Of a stretch of 64,000 nucleotides of DNA, positions 13,331 through 23,532 are shown in pieces (the first letter of the stretch is position 1; each line of letters begins with the position of its first letter). The notes beneath the pieces were generated by a model that made no database searches, was not told the DNA's origin, and worked only from the letters and a program-made list of their open reading frames with translations. The translations under genes were made by a program, and so were the position numbers. Source of the DNA: Centroscyllium fabricii. Lineage: Eukaryota. The DNA is taken from assembly GCA_051313645.2 (NCBI GenBank), contig JBNRSN020000089.1, positions 1,488,001 through 1,552,000 on the forward strand, in the 5' to 3' direction.

Positions 13331-14124
13331 GGGGGGCGATTTTCATGTCCCCGTGAGGCGGGGTTTTCGGTGGCCTGGCCGGCAAAATAGCGGAACCGGC
13401 AGGTCCTGCCCATCCCCGCCGCTTTCTCATTTTCGCCCGCCCAGATTCCCCGCCCCGAAACCTTCCCGCCACCAGCCGGCGGGGATGGGTTGTCACCTCG
13501 TTAAGGGCCCTGAATTGGCATCTTTAATGCCATTTTAAGGGCCCTCAGCCATTTTGCCCTGTTTCCTGCCCTAACCCCGCCACCCTAAACCCCGCTGGGT
13601 GAAACCTAGCGGGAGCACAGCGCTGGTTATTACTGTTGGACTATAACCTGGTGTTGTGTGACTTCTTGCATTTATAACTTTCTCCTTCAAGGTGTGAAGG
13701 ACACGCTGCCAAATGCTTGGCATGCCTCCAGCACCTTAGAGGAGGAGTAAGTTACTCTGTTCTGGCTGCAGCAGCAGCTTTGAGCAGAAACTGAGAAATC
13801 TCAGTTCTGCACAGCTCCTGGCAGCCGCTGCGAGTTGTGAGGGATTCTGAGCCCGCCCACCCACCTGTCAGTCACCAGCACTTGGCCTTTCCCATTGGCT
13901 GCACTCCATTGTGATGTCACAGTGGAGTGTTCCATGGGAACTGACAACAACCAGTGCTGGAACTGTCAATCAAACTGCTCGCAGCCCTGCTGCAGCCAGA
14001 CTCGATTGAGGTAATTACCTCCCGCTGCCGCCGCCGGCCTTCCCAGCTGTTTGGGCGGGCGGGGCTGGAGGCGGCCCAGACCAATCCCCGCCAGGTTCCC
14101 GCCCTTCCGGCAAAATCGCCCCCC
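13331..14124 (+). mobile_element. Non-autonomous PIF/Harbinger-like element, copy 1
   Basis: TIRs GGGGGGCGATTTT / AAAATCGCCCCCC with a 3-bp TSD (CAA or AAG depending on boundary). A homologous inverted copy lies at 17752-18281. Confidence 0.82.
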
Positions 14125-14465
14125 AAGGAGTGAGGTGGAAGGATGTTCACTGTAAATATGCAACTGATATGTTTCTGTTGTTTAGGTGCTTCTTCATCTT
14201 TTGTATAATAAAATTCCCGTACATTTTTAATTAAATGCAAGTTCTGATCTGATGCTCTGACGCTTTTGAATACTGGATTGAGAGCTTCCCAATGCACAAG
14301 ATAAGTCTTGTACATAACATCAGTTACTCAGAGAGGAGGATTTACCTGGGAGCATTACCAGAAGCTTCCTTAAATCTCAAGGCAAGTGTATGCTTTTGAA
14401 GGTAAGGAGTATTGGGATTCATCCATGAGAGTGATCTAAGATATGACAGCCCAAATAACCTAGTA

Positions 14466-14902
14466 CAGGTTGAAGACCGTTAATCCAGTAACCGTTAAGC
14501 CGGCAGCTTCAGTCGCCCGGCATAAATTGCCCCGACTGCCCTGCGCATGCGCAAAATGGCCACCGCGATTGATGCTTCGGCAAATGATCTGCGCGTGCGC
14601 TGCCGAAAGGCGAGCGCATGCTCAGACCATTCAAAAGTTCCGGTGGCCATTTTGAATGATTTGCGCATGCGCTCACCGTTTGGCGGCACATGCGCAGATC
14701 ATTCAAAAGTTCCCCGCGACCATTTTAAATGATCTGCACATGCGCTCGCCGTTCGGCGGCGCATCCGCAGATCATTCACAATTTCGCGGCGGCCGTTTTG
14801 AATGATGTGCGCATGCGCCGCTGTGGCTTCAATCAGTCGACGTTTTCAAGAATCCGGTAGGGTGCTGGTCCCGACCCTGCCGGATTAATGGCGTTCAACC
14901 TG
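14466..14902. mobile_element. Tc1/mariner (Tigger/pogo-like) MITE
   Basis: TA|CAGGTTGAAGACCGTTAATCC ... GGATTAATGGCGTTCAACCTG|TA, giving a TA TSD. Internal direct and inverted repeats contain TGCGCATGCGC. Confidence 0.87.
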
Positions 14903-15711
14903 TATAAGAAAGCTAGAAACTACCTAGAAACAGAGCAACTGCATTTTGGATAATTAAGCTAACTACTTTCTGACGGTCGACAACAGCACCTGGTACCCCA
15001 TGACTGTTTGCAAGGGACAAAGGGGGGAACAGCATTGCATTGGGGAGGGGCTCATGTTATCCCCAAACGGTTTAGAGACACACTGGACCACAGTTCCCCA
15101 TGGAGACTCTCCCCACCAGTTCACAGAAAGTTTTGCACCCTTCCCTCAACACCGATAGACCTCTGGCAGTTTTGATTCAGATTTAGGTTCGATGAACTTT
15201 TAACTCTTGTCACAGTACATGAGGGATTAAAGCCAGCTCTACTCACAGAAAAGATTTCCAGTTCATTTTTTTTTGCATTTTGTTGCAATAATTGGTCAAT
15301 TGTCTAAATTTTGTATGTGTCCAGGAAATGGATCAAGGCACTCACTTCAAATATGTGATTTGTTCAGATTTGTGCAGTTGATTTTCAATTTAACAGATTT
15401 AGCTCAAGAACCTTTTCAACGGTATTTATTAGCCTGTGTTTTTCAAATGAAACCTCCTAAGACTGTTAGTTAAACCAGATAACTTCCATAGTTGATGAGA
15501 AAAAGGACAGAAAGAACAGAGAGGTGGATGAGGGCAGTGCAGTTGATGTTATGTCATAATCCGATGAAGGATGCTATAGATCCAGTTGCTGGGATAATCT
15601 GAAAACGGGCTCTCTGTTTAAATCCTGGGCACAATACAAATTTTACCGAGTTATCAGTGCAAGTGAAAACACTCTCAAAGATGTAGGGAGATGATGCTCT
15701 CACATATAGGA

Positions 15712-16081
15712 CAGGTTGAGCACCGGTAATCTGGCACCCGATGGTCCAACACCTTCAGCGGTCTGGCACGAATGAAAACCAGCGGTCTTCAGTTTGCGGA
15801 GCAGCCGCTCGGCGGCACCACTGTTCTACCCGCGTGCTCCGGGCGCCGGGGAGTGTTCTACCCGCACGCCTTCTTTACCCAACGATGGCGTTGGAAACAT
15901 TGGCAAAGAAACCAGAGCTTGCCGCTTGGGCCAAAACCTGCCATTGCCATCGAACTGAGGGAATGAACGATCACTTTTATCAGGCTGTGATCAGGGTCAG
16001 TGGACTTGTTTACGTTCAGACGGACCAAACGGAGCCACCGCGCGCAGGTTGCATGCGCGTCCCTAATGAAAAACATTCCGC

Positions 16082-16112
<31 letters not shown>

Positions 16113-16289
16113 CCTTCCAGTCGTCCAAGGCTGCTGCACAGACCTGCATCCAGCTTTGAACTGAATGCCTTGGGGATGACAGGAATCTGTATTTACACTG
16201 GCACCGGGATCTTCCCCAAACCTTCGGAATTTTCAATGGTCCGGCATCGGCCTCGTCCAGAGGGTGCCGGATTATCGGTGCTCAACCTG
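15712..16289. mobile_element. Tc1/mariner (Tigger/pogo-like) MITE
   Basis: TIRs CAGGTTGAGCACCGGTAATCTGGCACC / GGTGCCGGATTATCGGTGCTCAACCTG. Right flank is TA; left flank is GA (probably a mutated TA). Confidence 0.85.
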
Positions 16290-16310
16290 TACTGATCATA
16301 GTATCATAAG

Positions 16311-17625
16311 CCGTTAGAAACAATAATCCAGGAGAACATTAACAGCCATTGGACAGGCATGGGCTAATAAAGGAGAGAGCACGGATTTGTTAAGGGCAAA
16401 TCACGTTTGACTAACTTGGTTGAGTTTTTTGATGAGGTGGATGAGGGCAGTGCAGTTGATGTTGTATATATGGACTTTCAAAAGACATTTGATAAAGTGC
16501 CACATATTAGGCTTGTTAGCAAAATTGAAGCCCATGGGATAAAAGGGGCAGTAGCAGCATGGATACAAAATTGGCTAAGGGATAGAAAACAGAGTTGTGG
16601 TGAATGGTTGTTTTTCAGTCTGGAGGCAGGTACACAGTGGCGTTCCCCAAGGTTCAGTACTGGGGCCACTGCTGTTTCTGATATACATTAATGACATGGA
16701 CTTGGGGGTACAGGGCACAATTTCAAAATTTGCAGATGACACAAAACTTGGGAGTGTAGTAAACAGTGAGGAAGATAGTAATAGACTTCAAGAGGACATA
16801 GGCAGGCTGGTGGAATGGGCGGACACATGGCAGATGAACTTAAACGCAGAGAACTGTGAGGTGACACACTTTAGTAGGAAGAATGAGGAGAGACAATCTA
16901 CACTAAATGGTACAATTCTAAAAGGGGTGCAAGAACAGAGAGACCTGGGGGGGCTTGTGCACAAATCATTGAAGGTGGCAGGACAGGTTAACAAAACAGT
17001 TAATAAAACCCATGGGATCCTGGGCTTGATAAATAGAGTCAGAGAGTACAATAGCCAGGAAGTTATGCTAAACCTTTATGGACACTAGTTCAGCCCCAGC
17101 TGGAATAATGTGTCCAATTCTGGGCTCCACACTTTTAAGAAGGACGTGAAGTCTTTGGAGAGGGTGCAGACAGATTTTCTAGAATGGTTCCAGGGATGAG
17201 GGATTACAGTTACATGGATAGACTGGAGAAGCAGGGGTTGTTCTCCTTGGAGCAGATTTGATAGAGGTGATATGATCGATGTGTTTAAAATCATGAAGGG
17301 TTTAGATAGAGTAAATAAAGAGAAATGGTTTCCAATGGCAGAAGGGTTGCTAATCAGAGGACACAGATTTAAGGTGATTGGCAAAAGAACCAGAGGCGAC
17401 TTGAGGAAAAACTTGTTTATGCAACGAGTGATTAGGAATTGGAATGTGTTGCCTGATAGGGTGGATACAGATTCAATAGGAGCCTTCAAAAGGGAATTGG
17501 ATAAGGAGAAAAAAATGGCATGGATTTTGGAAAGGAGCAGGGGAATGCGACTAACTGGATTGCTTTTCGGAAGAGCTGGTGCAGACTCAATGGGCCGAAT
17601 AGCCTCCTTCTGTGCAGTATTATTC
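16311..17625 (+). mobile_element. 5'-truncated, decayed CR1 LINE
   Basis: ORFs 16407..16691, 16597..17088 and 17272..17646 carry RT motifs [26 protein letters not shown] and KFADDTKL. Frameshifted; CR1 3' tail present. Confidence 0.92.
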
Positions 17626-17751
17626 TCTAATCTGAGAGCAGTCTGAAACACAAAAGGTAAAGGGGAAGGTAGATTGCAGAGAAGAAAGGCAGAGGAATGG
17701 AAGAGACAGCAACATGCTCTTCAACTGGCTGAGAAAGCTGTGCAGAAAGTT

Positions 17752-18281
17752 GGGGGGGGATTTTGCCGGAAGTGCGGGAACCTGGCGGGGGTTGGTCGGG
17801 GCGGGTTCCTGTCCCGCCTGGCCAAAGACCTGGGAACCCCACGCAATTTTCATTCAATTGAGTTATCAAATCCCCGCCTGTGGCAGCCGGTGGTGATTGA
17901 ACCAATCGAGTTGGGGCTGCAGCGGGGCTCGAGCAGTTTGATTGACAGTTCCAGCACTGGTTGTTGACTGTTCCCATGGAAACACTCCACTGTGACATCA
18001 CAGTCGAGTGGAACCAATGGGAAAGGTCAAGTGCTGGTGACTGACAGGTGTTTAGGGTGGCGGAGTTAGGGTGGGAAACAGCTGAAAATTCCTAAGGGCC
18101 CTTAAAATGGCATTACAGATGCCAATTAAGGGCCCTTAAGGACCGTAACAACCATCGCCGCTGGTGGGGAAGAGGCCGGCCGAAAATGCAAAACCGGCGG
18201 GCTGGGGCGGGACACAAAAATTTGCCATTTTCACCACCCAGCTGCCCAACACCGCGCCTCACGGAGACATGAAAATCCCCC
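17752..18281 (-). mobile_element. Non-autonomous PIF/Harbinger-like element, copy 2 (inverted, internally shorter)
   Basis: Reverse-complement homolog of both ends of 13331-14124, e.g. TTGACAGTTCCAGCACTGGTTGTTG and AAGGGCCCTTAAAATGGCATTA. Termini GGGG..ATTTT / AAAATCCCCC. Confidence 0.82.
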
Positions 18282-18511
18282 TGAAGGTGCAGTTCATTTA
18301 GCCCATTAGTTGTTAGGGAATAATTTCATTAAATCCAGTTTCAAATTTTAAAGATAATTTCACCAGAAGTTTTTTTTATTGCTATTTCTTTTCTGTTCAT
18401 CAATTTGAGGGAAGTTTGTGCTGACAAACAGAAGCTTTCCTGTTCCAAGTGCCCAGGGTCAGCATCGAGCACACCTAGGTTGGGTACAGCACAGCCAGAT
18501 TCACAGATACA

Positions 18512-18696
18512 GGGGGGAAAATCTGACTTGGGCAAGGTCGCAAATTGAGCGGTATTGCATCTGGCGCCTGTTGTACGTCCTGTCCAATATTCAGTTCCTT
18601 TGACTTCAATAGAACTAAATATCGGACAGGGTGTGTAACAGGCGGCAGATGCAATTGTTTCGCTTTGTGTGCCTGCCCAAGTCGAATTTCACCCCC
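18512..18696. mobile_element. Harbinger-like MITE (185 bp)
   Basis: TIRs GGGGGGAAAATCTGACTTGGGCA / TGCCCAAGTCGAATTTCACCCCC, with a 3-bp TSD ACA on both sides. Confidence 0.75.
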
Positions 18697-19329
18697 ACAG
18701 GCTCTACTCCCCAACAAAGTGCCTTCAACCCCACCTTCGAAGAGAATCGCCGACTGTGCCAGTGTGCCATGTTTTGCATTTCCCTTCAGTGGCCTCAGAT
18801 TGAGGTTGCCAATGAGTGCTGAAATAGAGAGAATTTGATATGATGCCAACCAGGATGTGATGGAAATGTGCTCAGGTCATTTCATTTCGGACCCTTACAG
18901 CCAGCAGACAGAGGAGCCCTTCAGCCATTCAACCTGGGCCCCAGAGGTTCAGGATCATCAACCATGAACGAATCAACATAAATGGAGCAAAGATGTTTGG
19001 GCTATACTCCCAGCACCATCACTTAATGGTGAAGCACTCACTCTATTTTCTTGGCTTGATCAGATGGACAACAAAGAAATTGCATAATGTGCTATTCTTA
19101 CTACTTATGAAGCATACTGGCCAGAATATGAGAAGTTGTGGAAAACTCTACAGGGTACTTGCAGGGAATTAGTAATAGAGCGAGAAAGTACTTGGAAGTT
19201 GTGGTGCCAAGGGAAGAATTTAACCAATGCTTAGTAGTATGTGGGAACTAAAGTTAAGGGATCAATTTCCTGAAGCTGTTCCGCATGACTTAAGGATATG
19301 ATTGCTTAATCAGGAGTGTAGGACCCTGA

Positions 19330-19580
19330 GACAGTTAGGTGAACAAGGGCCACAGGTTCAAACCAGTAAAAGGCACATTAAGAACTGATATCAGGAAGTT
19401 CTTTTTCATTCAAAGTGTGACAAACGCAAGGATTGGACTCCCAGACAGACCAGCGGAGACAAAATCTAGAATCATTTTTAACAAACAAATGGGATGCTGT
19501 AACAAAGGGAACTTCAGGGTAATTCTACATGGATGAACTGAGATGAGCCAAATGGTCTTCCTCATCTATAGTTACCATGT
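19330..19580 (+). mobile_element. Old CR1 3' fragment
   Basis: Translation KGHRFK...LRTDIRKFFFIQSV matches the CR1 ORF2 C-terminus, followed by a degenerate tail. Confidence 0.65.
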
Positions 19581-19649
19581 GATTTTACAAGAGTTGGTGA
19601 CCAAATTGGAGTCACATTCCTCCCACTGAAAATTTCGGGAATACCAACC

Positions 19650-21650
19650 CATCTATTGGAAAATAGTGACTGGATCGGACAAAGTCAATATGGATTTACA
19701 AAAGGTAAATCGTGCTTGACTAGTCTACTGGAATTTTTTGAGGATGTAACTGGTAAAATAGATAAGGGAGAACCAGTGGATGTGGTGTATTTGGACTTTC
19801 AGAAGGCTTTCGATAAGGTCCCGCATAAGAGATTAGCATGTAAAATTAAGGCACATGGGATTGGGGGCAAGGTATTGACTTGGATAGAGAACTGGTTGGC
19901 AGACAGAAAGCAAAGAGTTGGAATAAACGGCTCTTTTTCCGAGTGGCAGGCAGTAACTAGTGGGCTACCGCAGGGATCGATCCTTGGACCCCAGCTATTC
20001 ACAATATATATTGATGATCTGGGCGAGGGAACTAGATGTAATATCTCCAAGTTTGCAGATGACACAAAGCTGGGTGGACGTGTGTGCTGTGAGGAGGATG
20101 CCGAGAAACCCCAGTATGATTTGGACAGGTTGGGTGATTGGGCAGACGCATGGCAGATGCAATATAATGTGGATAAATGCGAGGTTATCCACTTTGGTGT
20201 CAAAAACAGAAATGCCGACTATTATCTGAATGGCAATAGATTGGGAGAAGGGGAAGTGCAATGAGACCTGGGTGTCCTTGTGCACCAGTCGCTGAAGGTA
20301 AGCATGCGGGTGCAACAGGCAGTTAAGAAGGCAAATGGTATGTTGGCCTTCGTAGCGAGAGGGCTCGAGTACAGGAACAAGGATGTCTTGCTGCAGTTGT
20401 ACAGGGCCTTGGTGAGACCACACCTTGAATATTGTGTGCAGTTTTGGTCGCCTTATCTAATGCCCCGCTTTCACTGAGGCTACGAAAATCCCGAATCGTC
20501 CCGAATCTGAAATTTGTCCGGTTCGTAGATAATTCTTGCAGTTCTTAAATGATTCTTAGTTGATTCTTAGTTGATTCCTAAACATTCGTACAGTTCGCGT
20601 GAGTTCGCGTGAGTTCGTCGATCCGGCACGAATTTTTTGGCTTGTCAAAAACTTTCGTGGGAGGGTTCACGAATTTCAGATTCGTACATGCATCGTAAAC
20701 ACTTCGTGAACCTTTCTTATCATTCGTAACTGCTTCGTAATCGCTTCTTCTGCATTCTGGCCTATTCTTGGGCATTCGTGACTCCCTCAAATTCGTGGAC
20801 CCACGCCGAATACATCACGAAACAGGCACGAATGTCCAGAATGTATTACGAATCAAGTACGAATCGGTCGTAGTGGATTCGTACAATAATTCGGCACATT
20901 CGTAAGTGAGTCGTACCTTATTCGTTAAATTCTTACCTGATTCTTTGAATTCGTACTTGTTTCTTAAACCATTCTTGACATTCGGCACGAATAATTCGTA
21001 ATAAATTCGTACCAGCTTCGTACCTCCTCCTGAATCTCCACGAAATTTGTCATTTTTTGCCGAATCTCCACGAATTTCGATTCGGGACGATTCGGCATAT
21101 TCGTAGCCTCAGTGAAAGCGGGGCATAAGGAAGGATGTTCTTGCCATGGAGGGAGTACAGTGAAGATTCACCAGGCTGATACCTGGGATGGCAGGAATGA
21201 CGTATGAGGAGAGATTGGGTCGATTGGGCTTGTACTTGCTGGAGTTTAGAAGAATGAGAGGGGATCGTATAGAAACTTATAAAATTCTAACAGGACTGGA
21301 CAGGCTAGATGCAGGAAGGATGTTCCCGATGGCTGGGGAGTCCAGAACCAGGGGTCACAGTCTAAGGATAAGAGGTAAGCCATTTCGGACTGAGATGAGG
21401 AGAATTTCTTCACTCAGAGAGTGGTGAACCTGTGGAATTCTCTACCACAGAATGCTGTTGAGGCCAATTCATTAAATATATTCAAGAAGGAGTTGGATAT
21501 ATTTTTTGGGCTAAAGGGATCAAGGGATATGGGGAGAAGGCAGGGACAGGGTACTGAGTTTGGATGATCAGCCATGATCGCATTGAATGGTGGAGCAGGC
21601 CCGAGGGGTCGAATGGCCGACTCCTGCTGCTCTCTTCTATGTTTCTATGT
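19650..21650 (+). mobile_element. 5'-truncated CR1 LINE, interrupted by a DNA transposon
   Basis: RT ORF 19656..20264 ([25 protein letters not shown]). The reading ...QFWSPYL resumes as RKDVLAMEGV after 21125. Tail CTATGTTTCTATGT. Confidence 0.94.
20461..21125. mobile_element. Non-autonomous PIF/Harbinger-like DNA transposon nested in CR1 (665 bp)
   Basis: 47-bp TIRs TGCCCCGCTTTCACTGAGGCTACGAA... (45/47 identical). TAA TSD at 20458-20460 and 21126-21128. Removing it restores CCT TAT CTA AGG AAG (PYLRK). Confidence 0.9.
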
Positions 21651-23532
21651 AAAGTGCCAGGGGTATGTCTAAGTGTAGGATGCTATAGAGTGATACCGTG
21701 AAATCTAAAGTAAGCTTTTCGCTGCATTATGGTGCAAAAAACTAATTAAAAATGTTATAGTAATAAACGTGTGACAAGTCTTGCAGATATTTTCAATTTC
21801 AGCGGCTCTCTTGAGTAGGGCTGGATGTGCTTACAGGAGGCGGTCTCTATAGTCTTGTTATTTGCAAGGGATGAGTGATTAGATTTTTATTCCCGAAGTT
21901 TTGTTTCATAAATTGCAGGAACGGGACTTGGGCTTTCCTTCACATTGCATGTTTGAATTCTGAAATTAGCATTTTAGTCTTGTGGTTGGATATTTTCTGT
22001 CTTAAGTCAGAATCCTGCAATTAATAATTTTCAAGTTAAATGTTGTCTTTTATGACTTAATAAACTATTTCCTAATTTGGAAAGAATATGCTTGGTATTA
22101 CTTGGAGACCTTTCCATTGTGTATGAGAGACGAAATATTTCTTCTGCGATTGCGTCAAATGGAGTCTTTTGTTCATTTATTCTGGCCCACGCAGAGCAGT
22201 TTAGAATATTTTGTTGACTCCTTTAAAGGATTGAGTGGGCGCAATTTCAATTAGTGTCAGTTTTGCTGGCTGCTTTCAAACTTGCTCAGTGTAGGTTCTC
22301 AAAGTTTTTACAGCCTCAGGGCTGAAAGATTCTTGATGAAGCCTTTCCTCTTAAGCTCTATAAATAAAATGTAAATTATCTTTTTAGGGAAACTTCACAG
22401 GCACTTGGGTTCTTTATGGAAAGTTGATGAATCTTTTGTTCCAGTGATTGACTGGTAGGCTAGCGAAATACCTTTGTCATCAGCTTTTCTAATCCCTTGC
22501 AACATTTCAGATTACAATGCCATTTGTGAAAAGGATTTCAACATTGTTGATTTCCTAACGGTGTCTAAACTGTGGTCATCTTTTTGTCCCCGTCTAAATT
22601 TCCACCTTCCTAAAGGTGGAGACTCCTGTTGTGATATACTTTGATATGTACCAGTCAACCTCCAATCCCTTGCTACTGAGAGAGCTGGGATAATGTGGGT
22701 GGAGTCATCACAGCTGACCCCAATTTCCTGTTGATTCCCCCCCCCCATCGCACACTCTCCTCCAACATCGGCGCCTGGATAGCAATCGGGATTGGAAACT
22801 CTGGCTGTATTTCTTTCTCCTGTCTATAGCCCTGTGATGCTGTTTGTAACAGCACCAATACAGGTAACATTTGTGATGCGATCAGCACAAAGCTTCCAGG
22901 CCATGGCACCACATTTGCTCACTCAGCCATCAGGAAGATGTAGCCTCCATTTTTAAATGCTATATAATCTCTATTGGCAGGCATTTTCTTGCCACTAGGC
23001 ATACAGCTATTTAATTTTTCTTACAGTCGTAGCTGATGTTGGGGTTAACACACCACTGAAGTTAACTTTGTTAGAAAACGGAGAATGGCAGTTAGACCTG
23101 ATTAAAATTTAATTCCGCAGCATGCTTGCTGCTGACTGAAGCTACCTGTGACCCATATTACAGGACAGGTATAATGAGAAATCCCTTAATCACCGTACTG
23201 CTGAGCCGATGGTAACAGAGTCACGGAGAAATCTGCAGGTAGCAGTCTTAAAGGAAGCGGATTCTGAAGAAGGTGTTTGGGAGGCAAAAAATAGGGATCA
23301 GTAGAAAAGCAACTAAAAATCTTTGAAGTACTTGGTAAATTCTTTATGATTCCTGTTCGAAAGCAAGTAATGGGGGTTTGAGCTGATGTGATAGGAAAAT
23401 TGTGAAAAGTGGGAACTCTCGGTGTCCATTTACATAAGGCTTCCTTTTGGTCAGGTTTGTGATGTAATCATTTCAAAACACCCACAGTTGTAATTGGAAG
23501 AACAAAGGGACCAACAGTGAAAAGACATTGAT

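Noticed and set aside
21660-22560. Possible conserved non-coding enhancer in repeat-free AT-rich DNA
   Set aside because: Plausible in a CUX1 intron, but it cannot be supported without cross-species alignment.
22675-22935. Possible old tRNA-derived SINE on the minus strand
   Set aside because: Only an A-box-like TGGCTGAGTGAG is visible, with no clear B box, tail or TSD.
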